Source: Craspedostauros australis (lineage: Eukaryota). From it: a DNA stretch of 63,910 bases. The position numbers and the translations under genes were made by a program. The stretch spans positions 1 to 63,910 of the forward strand of contig JALAGF010005407.1 of the NCBI GenBank assembly GCA_030167865.1. Reading direction: 5' to 3'. The notes beneath the pieces were generated by a model. That model had not been told where the DNA came from. It did not search any database and was given only the letters and a program-made list of their open reading frames with translations. Below are positions 45,406-57,300 of this stretch, piece after piece. Numbering within the stretch: the first letter of the stretch is position 1; the number at the start of each line of letters is the position of its first letter.

Positions 45406-48400
45406 ATGAATTCCAGTCCAACCATGCTGCTGAATGCCGAAGATGACCGCGGCGCAGCCCACGCTCCGTGGGCCAACACCAACGATCATGCTAATCCCAG
45501 CATCACCAACCGCAACATGTGCGGAAGCAAGGACGTCCTTCAGAACGCCCCTCGAGGAACGAAGGAAGGCGCCTCTTTGCAGCAGCATTCCCACTGGCAC
45601 GGCCGAGAGGGAAGAACCACCAAGAGACGGCAACAGGGCCTGCGCATTCCGCATCAGTTGGCCGTCATCGCCCTGTGGTGCTGCTGCTCCCTCCTTCTCT
45701 CCGCCACTCCGGCGCGCGCTGCGATACCATGCACGAACGACAAGGAGTGCAAGGAGTGGATTGGTTCCAACAGCGTTTGTCTCGTTTCCACCCAAACCTG
45801 CTCGAACCACTTCGCGAGCGGCTGCCTGCACTCGCATGATCCCGAGAAGTATCCCAAGCGCATGTGCAACAGCAACGACGAGCGGGCAGGCAGCCTCAAG
45901 GACGGTAGCTGCATCGCAGACAATGGCTTCAACTACACCGAGATCCGCATCCACCACAGCAACTGGGAGGCCAGCATCTTTTACTCCTGGATGATGCAGA
46001 TCTTCCTCAGCGAACGGCTGGGCGTTCCGGTCACGGTGGGCCTCGACGGTGATGTCAAGAACTCGTTCTACTCGCCGGCCAACACCTTGGAGTACTCTAG
46101 CGAAACGTACTCCTTCCCAGCCATGGAGGTTGCGAATCAAATCCACGATTGCCGTCTCCTATCGAAAGGCACCGCCAACAGCGACCCCGTCATACGAGAC
46201 CTCATCCAGAAGACATCCGGTCCTGACCACTGCCTCCATGTCATGCCAGAGGTGTGGGGAGGCGTGGCGAAGCAAGTGCAGCTCGCGGTGCGGCAGGGAA
46301 TCATCGATCCGGTCGAAGGCAATGGGCAGGTTGGCAAGGTCAGCTGGTACATCCCGACGCACACGGCCGAAACCTACCCAGACTTCACCTCCTACCATGG
46401 GCTGACGGAAGGTCCGCTCGGATTCGCGGAGGCCGTCCAGGGCACCGACTCCAAAAGGCAGGAGCTGGCCTCCATCTTCAAACGCCCCACGACGTGGAAG
46501 GACTACTGCGCCGACGTATCGCCCAGCAATTGCGCGGAGCCTGACCTCGTGGCGCAACGTGCCCCCGACGAAGACGAAGGCGGGCGGTACTTCCTGGAAT
46601 CCGCCTTCACGGGACACTTCCGAGCAACCGACGACAACAACTGCACCCTCTCCGACAAATGCACGGGTCACATCGCAGCTCCGCCATGCTCCTGGACATC
46701 CTTCATCGATGCCCAGCTGTACTGGAACAACGTCCCGCTTTCCTCCAACGGCGAGGAGCCAAATGGCTCCTACACCTACGGTCAGATGGTCGATATCTGG
46801 AAGGCGGCCAACGCCACCAAATCGCATGTCATGATGTGGTGGTGGACACCGGAGGGTAAGTCCATCGCGTCTTCGCGCGCGTGCTTGTTTGTTGCTTACT
46901 TGGCATCATGCGTTGCAATGCAATGCAATGCAATGCAATGCAACAGCACTAATACACATGCTGATCTGATCGCTTCGCGGAAGCCCCGTTGTTGTACTGT
47001 CGTGTTCAACTGTAAAAATGCCGCACAAGTTCTTCCTCGTTCTTGCTCACATCCACCACTCCTGCCAACCAATGCTGATATCCCAACAATCTGTTCTGCC
47101 CGAATGTTTCAAACCCCCAACTATACCTGTCACCGAATTTTGACAAACCACAACCACCTACAGCTCTGGTCGAGACCTTCCGTGGCACCGGCTTTGGATT
47201 TCAGCAGATCTTGCTCCCCGACGCAACAGCAACGTGCAAACGAGCTCGCGTGACGCCTGGTGAACGCTGCTCGTCAGACGAAGTGGAACGTCGCGGGACC
47301 ATCGAGGGGTCTTGCGATTCCGAGGCACACGCATTGCAAAAGGCCATCGCCACAACGTTGGGCATCCGCACGCTGGCGACGCCCGTGGCAGACAGGTCGC
47401 CGGCCTACGAGTTCTTGCGCAGCTTCAGGATTGACAATCTGGACATGAACGAGATTTTGCACAACTGGATCGTCTTGCAGCAAGACCAGTACGGGCACGA
47501 TGCTCGCCAGGCAGTCTGCGACTGGATTGTGGATAATCTGGAGACTCTGGACGACTTCATCCCGCTGGGATACCCTCGCGAATTGTCGCTGGAATCCACG
47601 TATGACCAAGGATACCTCGTCGCCGCACAAGTGATTGGCGGCGTTGCTGCTGCCTGCGTCGTTGCCATGGGCACGTTTATCTTCTACCGCCGACACACGC
47701 GGGTGATGGTGTTCGCGCAGGTCAACTTCATCCTGCTGCTGATCGCAGGACTATTCCTGGTGACAATCGCGGCCATCGTGTACGTCGTGGAACCGTCATC
47801 GTCCATCTGCATCGGTAGAGAATGGTTGGTCGCAGTCGGATACACGCTCGCGCTTGTCCCCCTGGTCGTCAAGTTCGCCGCGCTCAACCAGGTCGTCCAG
47901 TCCGCGCGGAAGATGAAACGAGTCAGGATTTCGGCGAAGGCCATGTTCTGCAGAGTCGCTGTGTTGGTAACGATCGTCATGATCTACCTCACGGTGTGGA
48001 CCATCATGGATACACCGAGAAAGGTCGAGGAGCGCGAGCTTGTGGAGGAGGGCGGCGCGCAAGTTGTGTCCTCCCTGAAATGTGGATCCAACTCGTGGTT
48101 GTGGGAAGGACTCGCCTTGGGATGGCAAGGCTTCCTACTCCTCATGGCGACAGTGCTGGCGGTGCAAACGCGCAGCGTGCAGCAAGAATTCAACGAGTCG
48201 CGGTCGCTGGGAACCTTGGTGTACTCCCACTTCATGTTCATGGTCCTGCGGATCATGGTGAACTTGCTGGAAAATCAGGGCACCATCGAGCCGAACGTAA
48301 GCTCCGCCACGATATCCTTCCTCCTGAGTTTCGACGTACTCTTTGCCATGTGCATCTACCTGGCTCCGAAGGTCATGGAAGCGCACAAGAAGCCAGAACC

Positions 48401-48767
48401 GTACCGACGGAAAGGGTCTTCATCCACGCCTCAAACGAACGCCAACAATGGAAACACACACGGCTCTCGCCATTTCCGCCCATCAGGCGGGGAACGCCTC
48501 CGCGGCACTCTGCAAACATCGACCCACAAGAAGAAAGCTAAGTTTTCCAGTTGCTCGAGCACGCCAGGGCGACAGCAGGAATCACCGAACAAGGCGCAGA
48601 CGTTCGAACCCTTCCACCAGAGCAAGCATAGCGGAGAAGATTCTGCATCCGATCCCAGCACAGAGGACCGCTTCGGGTCATCACTGGATGACGTAGTGGT
48701 CGGCGCGACAACGTCAACCGCCAAAATCGACGCCACAGCCTACAACATCCCACCGCCGACGGTGTAA
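45406..48767 (+). CDS. Class C (7tm_3)-like GPCR with Cys-rich and periplasmic-binding-protein-like ectodomain, 2 exons (45406-46855, 47164-48767; ~1017 aa)
   Basis: Hydrophobic signal, then CTNDKEC...CSNHFASGCL, NWEASIFYSWMMQIFLSERLG, PEVW and WWWTPE. Seven hydrophobic helices carry class C-like motifs CIGREWL and LAVQTRSVQQEFNESRSLG. Intron G|GTAAG...CAG|CT is in frame. Confidence 0.8.
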
Positions 48768-49159
48768 TGGGTATCGTGCGAGTACCATGCTACTCGTGCG
48801 ATCGTACCAAACATCGATCGACCATTCCAGGATGCTGGTGTCACGAATAGACACAATGCCGGCCGGAACAGCCCCCTGGAACGCATGAACCATGTACAAT
48901 GCGCAACAGCATGTCAGAACGCGCTTGCGTCACGTTTCTACGACTCGTACGAGTCCAAACAGTACAGAGCAAAGAGTAATCGTAAAGAACCATTGCATAT
49001 CATCATTGTATCCGTGCCATGTGTCTATATATGCTACCGCACCCCTGCGCCATACTCGTATTCGTATCCGTGCTCGTGCTCTATTCGAGAATCCAGAGCA
49101 TTGCCAGCGTTCACCTAGGCGCTGGGGATCTCAAATTCTGCTTTTAATACTCTCTGGTA

Positions 49160-52100
49160 CTACCAAGAATAGATCGAAGCATCATACCCACGGCGATGTT
49201 CCGAAGTGTCGTGACGAGAAGCGGGTTGTGCTGCGTCAGGAGTTTGGCCGCAACCATCAGTAGTATCGCTGGCGATACTGTTTCCTCTCATGCCAATACT
49301 ACTCGTCGAGGTGCTGCAGTCGTCGCTCTTCTCACTGATTTCGATGCTCGCAGTAGCTTGACTGACGAAAGTGACGAGCGTGGGTTGCCGCGGCTGATTT
49401 GGGGTAGGCAATCCCGGGCCTCCTATTGGTTCCGGGAAGCTGCATTCTCCTTCTTTCTGACTTGGCGCAGCGATGCTTGCGCACGATTGTTCTTGCGATG
49501 AATCACGCTGTTTCTTGACGTCCTCGGCTGAAGGCTCTTCATCGAGATCATCCATGAGGATCGGGCTGTCATGACCCGTTGCCTCCACACAGATGGTGGG
49601 AGTGATCCAGCCACTTTGATCGTTTGGTGCAGGAAGTCCATCGTCCGAATCACCAGTCACCGCTGGTGGTTTCATGCTCAGACGAATTTCTTCGCTGACC
49701 CTGTCTCCATGATCCGCACAAGTTTCGATGTTTTGGTCAGCACCAGCATCGATGTCATCATTAGTACCATCATTCTCGCTGGCATCAACGTTGCTTCGTC
49801 CTGCATTGCCATTCGCAAAAAACACAGCAGCATCACCGTGTGCATGGCCATCTTCACTTCCGCAATTCGTGTTGCCCTTATCACCGTCATGAGCGCTGCC
49901 GATGTTGGTGCGACTTGAATGCGCACCTCTGCCACTGACGTCGTCGCTGCCGCCACTGCCACCGCCACAATCGCTGCTCCTGCTGATTCCACCGACGGAT
50001 GTGCTCTGGGAGAAATGATCGACCCCCGACGCTTGCGCAAGATAGTCTTCGCGCTCCGAAGTAGTAGTTACGCCATGCTCCATCGTCGCATCCGCGCAGT
50101 CTTCGTTATCGCCCGAGACCAGATCAATCATCTCTGGATCAGCCTTGTGATCTTTCGCCTTGTCCGAGTCTTGTGAACGCGTCTGTCGCATGACGCCTCT
50201 CAGCTGACATCTGCGGTTGCGCTCAAACCATGTTACCGGCGGCGGTTCTTGGACACCAGCGGAGGCTTCGACAAGAGATGATGCAGCACTGCTGTCATCG
50301 TCATCGCCATCATCACCGTCGTGGTCATGTTCATCAATATTATTGCCGCTGCCGTCGTGTTCGTGCGCGGAGAAGGCATAAGCACAGTAGTATGGTTCCT
50401 CCGAGTTGATGTCCCCACCTTCGTCACTGCAGCAGTCGACAGCGTCGCGGTAGGTCTCTGAATCCCACGGAGAGTCTACGGCAATAGCTTGCTGCAGTTC
50501 CTTTTCATCTGACATTTGTGCATCATGCAACGTTTCCAGTTGGGCTTGAGGCGGTGGCGCAGCTGTCGATGTCCGACGGACAGCCGTCTTTCGAGCTCTT
50601 ATCAGCGATCGGGGGTTAATGCTTGAAGCTCTTCGTGCGGAAGGCGCCTTCGATCGACTGCGCTTTCTCATTCTTTCGCGACCACCTGCGGTTGAGCGAC
50701 GCCGAGAGGCTCTGGCAGATCCCGGGTTGGCACTTTTCCGCTTTTGGAGACGTTTTGGCCTGGCCGCCTCTTTGATTTTCAATGCCTCGGTGCCACCGTG
50801 AAAGAACCGATACAGGCCCCTCCTATTGACAGCTTTGTTCAAGAGCTCGGTTGGGAGATGGATCAATTTCCCATGCTTGGGAAAGTCCAATGCGTGCGCG
50901 TAGGCATCAGCCAGCAACCCTCTCTCCTCCTCGTCGAACGCGAAGTGAATCCCCTTGCCAGTTGCACGGCTGTGGAGCATCCCGATCAGGCTCTGAATGT
51001 CCAAAGATTCAGCCATGTCAGCGATCTTCTGTTGGGTTTCATGAAACCAATTGTCCGACTTCGAGTCCTGCTTTGCGCCCGCACCCTCCATCGTGTTTGC
51101 GGTAGGTGCTGCTGCCGTGTCCGCAGCGGATTTCGCCAGCTTGGCTTCCTTGATCAGCACCTCGTCCCAGCACACCCAGTACCTGTCACCGTCGAGATCG
51201 CCGGAGGCGATGAGGGAGGGAAGTGGAGGTTCGCCATCTCGCGGCAAAGCAAAGTATATCTTCCCAACTGGTTGTGCCTGCAAGAAATTCCAATTCTCTA
51301 CCGTCATGGTATCTGGTCTCTCCACGAGATGTTCCAAAACGCGTGCATGCTCCACCTTCAAGAAGGGTGCTCGCGTGACGAAGATCTTGGTGGTTTTGGG
51401 CCGGTCATTGCGCTGTCTCCAAATGTTGGCAATCCCCGTGACGTAGATGTGATCGAAAGGGATTTGGCCCCCGGTCGAGTCCGAGACGCCAATCAGAGAC
51501 TGGTCGTGGAGACGTTCTGTTGACCCTATGCGTCTCTTCTCAAAGTAGCGCTTGCATTCATCCTCCGGGACCCCGAGCTTTCGCATGAAGGCTTCGTGGG
51601 AGAAAGAAGGCTTGTGATGCATCATGAGCTTGTCGATGCAGCTGTCTGGAAGTGTCTCGCCGTTGATCAGTTTTTGTACTGAGATATTATTTGCCGACGG
51701 GATGAAGCCAGTTTTTGTTATCACCATGACTCCAACGTCTTCGCCATAGGCCGTCTTTAGTGGATTTGGCGAGGGGCCGACCTTCATTTGCGTTGGATCC
51801 AGCTGGATGGGAGTGTTGCGGAAGACCGATGACTTGGTGGAGTACCAGTGCCGCCCTGATCCCTCGCTCGTGACATCGAGCATGCCTTTGAAGATTCCCT
51901 TGGAGGGGACGAAGAGCCGAACCTGAATGGCTGTGATGCCGAGCGCAACGGCCTTTGTCATCCCCATCTTGAGAAACCAAGTCACTAGGTACTCCTGATC
52001 TATGGTGCCAGCACCGTCGTTGCCGTCACCTTCGTTCGCCACGTCGCAATCAGCGGCTGGGAAAAACAGGAAGGCTGGGTTGCGCTTTGTGCTACCAAAG

Positions 52101-53386
52101 AAGTGAGGTTCGGAGCTGAAGAGCTCGAGTCGGTCGATCCTCTTACGAACTGATATGCCCCTGAAGTCTGCGATTGATTGGAAGAAATGATCGATGTGGC
52201 TGCACGGTGGCATATTCGGCCCCCTCGTTTGGACGTAGAAGTAGTCCATGGAGCTCTTTATTTCGGTGAAGCCATGTGTGCCTGGGGCGCGTCCTTGCTT
52301 CCGCTTGTGCGCGCGCCTTGCGATCAGTTCAAACGTCGATGTCTTCGACTCGTCCATGAGCTCGATGGGTGCTTTCTCGTGTGCCTCTTTTGCACTGATT
52401 GTTTTGGTGATTGTCAACAGCCGTTTCCCAAAGATGAACGAAAGGATGCAGGATGGCACGTTGACTTGTGCGGATGAGATGGTGATCTTCTTCACCTCGT
52501 GCGTGGAATTCATTTGGACGCCAGGTATTGCGAGTGTGTTGTTTGTAGTACTCGGTGCGGACTTCGTGGTGGGGCTGGCACGAGAACCATCGAATTGGAA
52601 TGCTTGGGCCCTGTCGTCGTCGTACAACCATGAGAGTGCCATGTCGTTCTTGGGTGAAACATGCGTCTTGGGTCTGGGGCTGCCACGGGCAACGGCCTCC
52701 TTGGCTCTTTGGGCTCTCGAGCCTCCAGCTCTCTCGTATGTTTCTCGTGTTCGATCGTTCTGCGCAGCTGCTGCCTCGCTGCCCCCGCCGTGCCGATGAA
52801 GACCATGATTATCGATAAGATCATTGTTGTCGTCCTCGTCCTCGTGACTCCTGGAGGGGTTGACCAACGGGAGACCATCCGCGGACTCGCACAAGTATTG
52901 CGGAGTCGGTTCGGCATCATCGAAAAGGCTTGGGGGAAGTCTGTATCCCAGCAGCTTCCCATTTCGACTTCGATGTTCGACCAATGCGAATGGCCCATGT
53001 CGACAAAGATCGTCCATGCCCAGCGTGAATGGCTCCACTTCCATACCTGCTTTGCGGGCCGGGTGCACCAGTGCTGCATAAAGATTGTCTTGCGGGTCCT
53101 CCCACACAGGAGAGTAGGTCGCGGTAGTCTCAGCGCCAGTGATGTGACCCGCCCGATCCTTGCCCGCCAACTCCCACAGCCAGGAGCTGTCATCTGATGG
53201 ATCCATCTGCACAGCAACTGACCAGTCGTTGCTCTTGAATGTTCGCCTCAGTTGGGCAGTTGATCCTAATCCACCATTTTCGCCGCCTCCGTTGCTGTGG
53301 CAGCTGGAGTCGGGTTCATGGGGATAGACGATGTATGCAGGCAGCTTTGCGAGTCCACGGGGATCCGGATGTTGGCACAACGGCAT
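49160..53386 (-). CDS. Divergent RNA-dependent RNA polymerase (RNAi-type, double-psi beta-barrel), ~1408 aa
   Basis: Catalytic loop IASGDLDGDRYWVCWD (~51170-51210), plus DGAGTI, AIQVRL...FKGML, LIGVSD, IFVTRAP and ALDFPKHG. First ATG is at 53386; the ORF is open from 53527. Confidence 0.85.
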   Translation of the reverse strand: MPLCQHPDPRGLAKLPAYIVYPHEPDSSCHSNGGGENGGLGSTAQLRRTFKSNDWSVAVQMDPSDDSSWLWELAGKDRAGHITGAETTATYSPVWEDPQDNLYAALVHPARKAGMEVEPFTLGMDDLCRHGPFALVEHRSRNGKLLGYRLPPSLFDDAEPTPQYLCESADGLPLVNPSRSHEDEDDNNDLIDNHGLHRHGGGSEAAAAQNDRTRETYERAGGSRAQRAKEAVARGSPRPKTHVSPKNDMALSWLYDDDRAQAFQFDGSRASPTTKSAPSTTNNTLAIPGVQMNSTHEVKKITISSAQVNVPSCILSFIFGKRLLTITKTISAKEAHEKAPIELMDESKTSTFELIARRAHKRKQGRAPGTHGFTEIKSSMDYFYVQTRGPNMPPCSHIDHFFQSIADFRGISVRKRIDRLELFSSEPHFFGSTKRNPAFLFFPAADCDVANEGDGNDGAGTIDQEYLVTWFLKMGMTKAVALGITAIQVRLFVPSKGIFKGMLDVTSEGSGRHWYSTKSSVFRNTPIQLDPTQMKVGPSPNPLKTAYGEDVGVMVITKTGFIPSANNISVQKLINGETLPDSCIDKLMMHHKPSFSHEAFMRKLGVPEDECKRYFEKRRIGSTERLHDQSLIGVSDSTGGQIPFDHIYVTGIANIWRQRNDRPKTTKIFVTRAPFLKVEHARVLEHLVERPDTMTVENWNFLQAQPVGKIYFALPRDGEPPLPSLIASGDLDGDRYWVCWDEVLIKEAKLAKSAADTAAAPTANTMEGAGAKQDSKSDNWFHETQQKIADMAESLDIQSLIGMLHSRATGKGIHFAFDEEERGLLADAYAHALDFPKHGKLIHLPTELLNKAVNRRGLYRFFHGGTEALKIKEAARPKRLQKRKSANPGSARASRRRSTAGGRERMRKRSRSKAPSARRASSINPRSLIRARKTAVRRTSTAAPPPQAQLETLHDAQMSDEKELQQAIAVDSPWDSETYRDAVDCCSDEGGDINSEEPYYCAYAFSAHEHDGSGNNIDEHDHDGDDGDDDDSSAASSLVEASAGVQEPPPVTWFERNRRCQLRGVMRQTRSQDSDKAKDHKADPEMIDLVSGDNEDCADATMEHGVTTTSEREDYLAQASGVDHFSQSTSVGGISRSSDCGGGSGGSDDVSGRGAHSSRTNIGSAHDGDKGNTNCGSEDGHAHGDAAVFFANGNAGRSNVDASENDGTNDDIDAGADQNIETCADHGDRVSEEIRLSMKPPAVTGDSDDGLPAPNDQSGWITPTICVEATGHDSPILMDDLDEEPSAEDVKKQRDSSQEQSCASIAAPSQKEGECSFPEPIGGPGLPTPNQPRQPTLVTFVSQATASIEISEKSDDCSTSTSSIGMRGNSIASDTTDGCGQTPDAAQPASRHDTSEHRRGYDASIYSW

Positions 53387-54319
53387 GATGGATTGTTGCC
53401 GCAGCGTCCGCAGTGACGACCGACGACAGTGACGACCGACGACGAGTAGCTCGTATGTGTGGAGTACAGGGGTCCACCTGATTGCGAAAGGGACGATGGA
53501 GGTCCCCAACAAGCGCCCTCCAGCCACTCAACCTGAACCTGAATCTGAACTGGCAGATGCGGTCGTTGTCGCCGCGAAGGTGTTTGCGCACTGATACCTC
53601 GTAAGTCTGTTATTATACCGAGACGGCAAAATCGGCTTGCATCGGCAATGCGTGCTGTTGGGGAGTGGAGGACAGTAGATATAGTAGTACGACGATGGTA
53701 CCTGCTGATACTCGTGCCTGTATGCTACGGCGTGTTGAGGGGCGAGACAGCATGCGCAAGTGTAGTCGTGGGGTTTTGTGGTGCCACCTGATGTGTTCTG
53801 CGGGCGTGGACTCGATCCAGAATCTGGGAGATCCTTTTCCTTCTGGGCACACAACAAGAGGAGGGAGCATCTTCCGCCGTGCCGAAAAAGACACGAAAGA
53901 GAGTTCACGCTGTTTCTTGGTCGTGCGGGACTGTGGCTCGAACGGTCTGCACGCCGTCTGCCTAAGTCCTAGAGAAGTGTGGAGGAGAGAAGATTCTCCG
54001 GAGATGCTCCAGAGGCTAAGAACAGGACACTTTCCAGAGAGAGAGAGAGAGAGAGGGGTTCTTGATGCATGGTATCCCTCTGTCTACCACACAGAAAGCA
54101 GAAAGGTTGGGAGAAGATGTTACTAATGTTGGGCTGTTGGCCTGCATGGATGCGTGGTGCTTGGATTCAATTGCCAAAAACAACCCACATGACCCTCCAA
54201 GCCCCTAGGCATGAAGGAGAAATGGGAGCCGGAACCACTCCACGAGTAAACAGGACCACCAGTTCTATGCTAATACGAGTATATTCAGCATAATGCAATA
54301 GATTATTCTGTGCTCCACT

Positions 54320-57300
54320 TCATTTCGGCATCATGGTTGGTTGTTGGGAGCCAAGGTTGCTGATGCCGCCAACCGTGCCGCTCGCACGTCGGTGCTGCAT
54401 CTCAGCCGAAGTACGTCGGTGCCGCGAGTCCCGTAGCTCTCGCTCGTTTACCTTATGGATGAATGCGGCATTCTCATCCAGCAGCTTGGCCCGTCGCTCC
54501 AACGACTTTATCCGCGCCGCCTCCTTCTTGGTCTTGTACCGCAAGTACGCACCGGAAATCGTGTTGATGGATTTTTCCAACTTCTTTTGTAAGCGAATGT
54601 ACTTCATTTGCTCGCGAACATCGGCTCCGCTCACCGGTGATGCCGTCGTCGCGATGCGCATGATGCTGTGGGTGCGGTCCATGCGGTACGTCCAGACCCC
54701 GAAGGAGATGATGGCGAAGAACTGCTGCACCCTCTTTCCCATCTGATGGAACATCACGATCATGGCGACGAATCGTTGCATCGACGCGATCCGGGTTTCG
54801 TACAGTTCCTGCGCAAAGTGCTGGCTCTTGGCGACGGAGAAGTCGACTTCCTCCTGCGCCTTGGAGGAATTCAACCTGCGGAGGTTGAAACCAAAGTACC
54901 TCTCCACGCTGGCTTCGATTTGGATGACGCCGTTCTGGTCCTTGTTGCTTGCCGGCAACACGAGCGCCGTATCTCCGATGTTATTCTTCGTGAGGAGGTC
55001 CACCATCTGATTGTACGTGATGCGACCTATACCGTCGGTGTCGGCTTCGTGAAAGTAACCCAACAGGCGCTGCTTAGAGATTTTGATGTTCATGTGTCTT
55101 GGCAGCACCAGCAAGTCCTGTTCGGTCAGGTATCCGTTGCCTTGGCTGTCGAGCGTGTTGAAGAGCTTCTGCAACCGATCGGAGTACTTTGTCTTCTCAA
55201 TCGACCGATCGATCACGAATTGGACGTCCAGGTCATGGTTGTCAGGTGCGGGTTGGTTGTTCTCGAACATCACCGAGGATTCGTGCATCGACGAAAAACG
55301 GAAGACCTGTCTCATGGATCGTAACGTCCCACCAGCCGAGTTTCCAAGAACCAGCGAAGACCTGCGTGGCGTCTGCTGCCCGGGAGGCATGGAGGCTGAG
55401 GATCGCTGCGATGCTCGCTTGTTGGATTGACCTTCGAAGTTGCTGTAAGCGCCCAGGAAGGCAACGGCCGAACGGTTCTTCATGACGCTGGGATGGATGC
55501 TGCTGTTCAATTCGCCATCGTCGGCAGCGGATTGCGAGGAGCCATTTCGCAAGGGCCTGAATTGTTTTCCAAATATGCTGGATTTGCGTTTGGACGTCGA
55601 ATTGGATGCATCCGTCATGATACTCGTCGAACTGCGCTTGGTCTTGGAATTCATGTCGTCATCCGATCCGGAAACACTGCGTTCGCTGTGACTGCGAACG
55701 TCAGACTCCAGCAACATCCGCTCGCACAGGAACAACGGGCGACGGCGCTTCAAGAATACGGCGGCCTTGGTCAAAGGCAGCTTGAATGGATTGTGACCGA
55801 TCGTGATGCTCTCGCAGGTTCCTCCCCAGCTCTGGATGCTGCTGGCTTGGTTGACGGCCAAGCATGTAGACGCCTCCGCCGTCGACAATGCGGACAGCCT
55901 ACCGTCCGGACGCCCGCAGATCACGAGCGCGCCGCGCACAACCCGATGTGTGTGACGGTGGACCAAGTGATCGGTGGCATTGCCACTCAGGACGTTGAGA
56001 CCGGCGATACTGTACGAGCAGGCGAAGATCTTGCTGAGGAAAGCCTCTGCGGATTGTGCCACCCACGGAATGTCGCCGATCACGACGGTACGGCCGACCA
56101 TGCGGTGCAAAAGATTGCGGCCTTGGAACAACCGAACCAGCGTGACGTTGATTTGGGGCAACCAAAAGTAGATGGCAGCATCGATCAATCGGATCAGGTA
56201 AATGAAGTCGCTGGAGGCATCCAGCCCAGCTCCGAAGGCAATGGCCGACACGATCGGATATCCAGAGACGACGGTTGCAAAGACGTAGATGAAGCTCAGG
56301 ATGTAGGCACGGGCGTTCTCAAGGATATGTTCGGCCCACAAGTTGCCTGCGCTGCGGAGAATGTCGTCGATGCCATCCTCGCCTTCCACCTTGATGCTGT
56401 TTCCGTATTCGTTGATACCGATGATGTCAGCCAAGGCCGAGATATTCAGCTGATTGCACCGCTCCAGAATTTGCAGATCTTGCTCCGTCATGGTGGCTCC
56501 CGTAATGCGTCGGTATCGTTCTTCGCTCAGAATCACCGCACTCAAGTATTCCAACAGGTTGGTGAGCAGCTGATGCGTTGCAACGACCGAGATCGAACTC
56601 GGCTCAGCCGGGCGCATCCCAACCTCAGTGGTGAAGATGCGGTGCTTTAGGGCGCTTTCGATGTTGATCCCATATGAGCTATCCATGCCCCGAAGCTGCT
56701 TGCCGATTTGGGTGTCCCATTCGGACGTGACAACGAAGAGGTTGTCGGTGGATCCCTGCAGCAGGTTGGAGCAGTTGAGCGGAGCGAAGGTGCCACCGCT
56801 CTGGCTGACGATGATGATGATGGTATCGCTCAGATCCTGTGTCTGCGGAGCGTACGGAAATCCAAATGCCGGGATGGCGATCTCCTGACCGAATAATCCT
56901 AGAAGTTTGTTGCTGCTCGTTGCTTGGATCTTGAGCTTGGGGAAGGCCTTTTGGAGGTCGGATCCGAACTGCTCAGCCAACCACAGCGACACCTCGCACC
57001 CTGTCAGCAGAATATCGATGGAATCGGAGGATCGGCCTTCGAGCTTTGCCTTCAGGCGACGGCGCAAGCAGCTCGAGAGGTTGTAGGCAGCCAGCCGGTT
57101 TAGGCTCGTGCTGGCCTTGGTAGCTTTGAACTCGTCTTGGATCTTGCTGCACACCGCGGGTATCTCGTTGATGTCTTCGAGGATGGGATCGTCGCTATCG
57201 TCCTTCAGCGGCCTGATCAGCGCATTGCGAGACAGCGACGTCATGCGATGGAACAGCTGCACCAACGTGTTGGCCTGCCCAACGCTCTTGTCAAGACGGA

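Noticed and set aside
46914..46943. (TGCAA)n and other microsatellites such as (GA)n, (GCA)n and the 12-bp repeat at ~5680
   Set aside because: Ordinary simple repeats in introns and UTRs with no sign of function.
3447..53386. PinX1-like, EST1/SMG7-like and RdRP genes as a telomere/RNA-silencing cluster
   Set aside because: They are tens of kb apart with unrelated genes between; chance co-location is sufficient.
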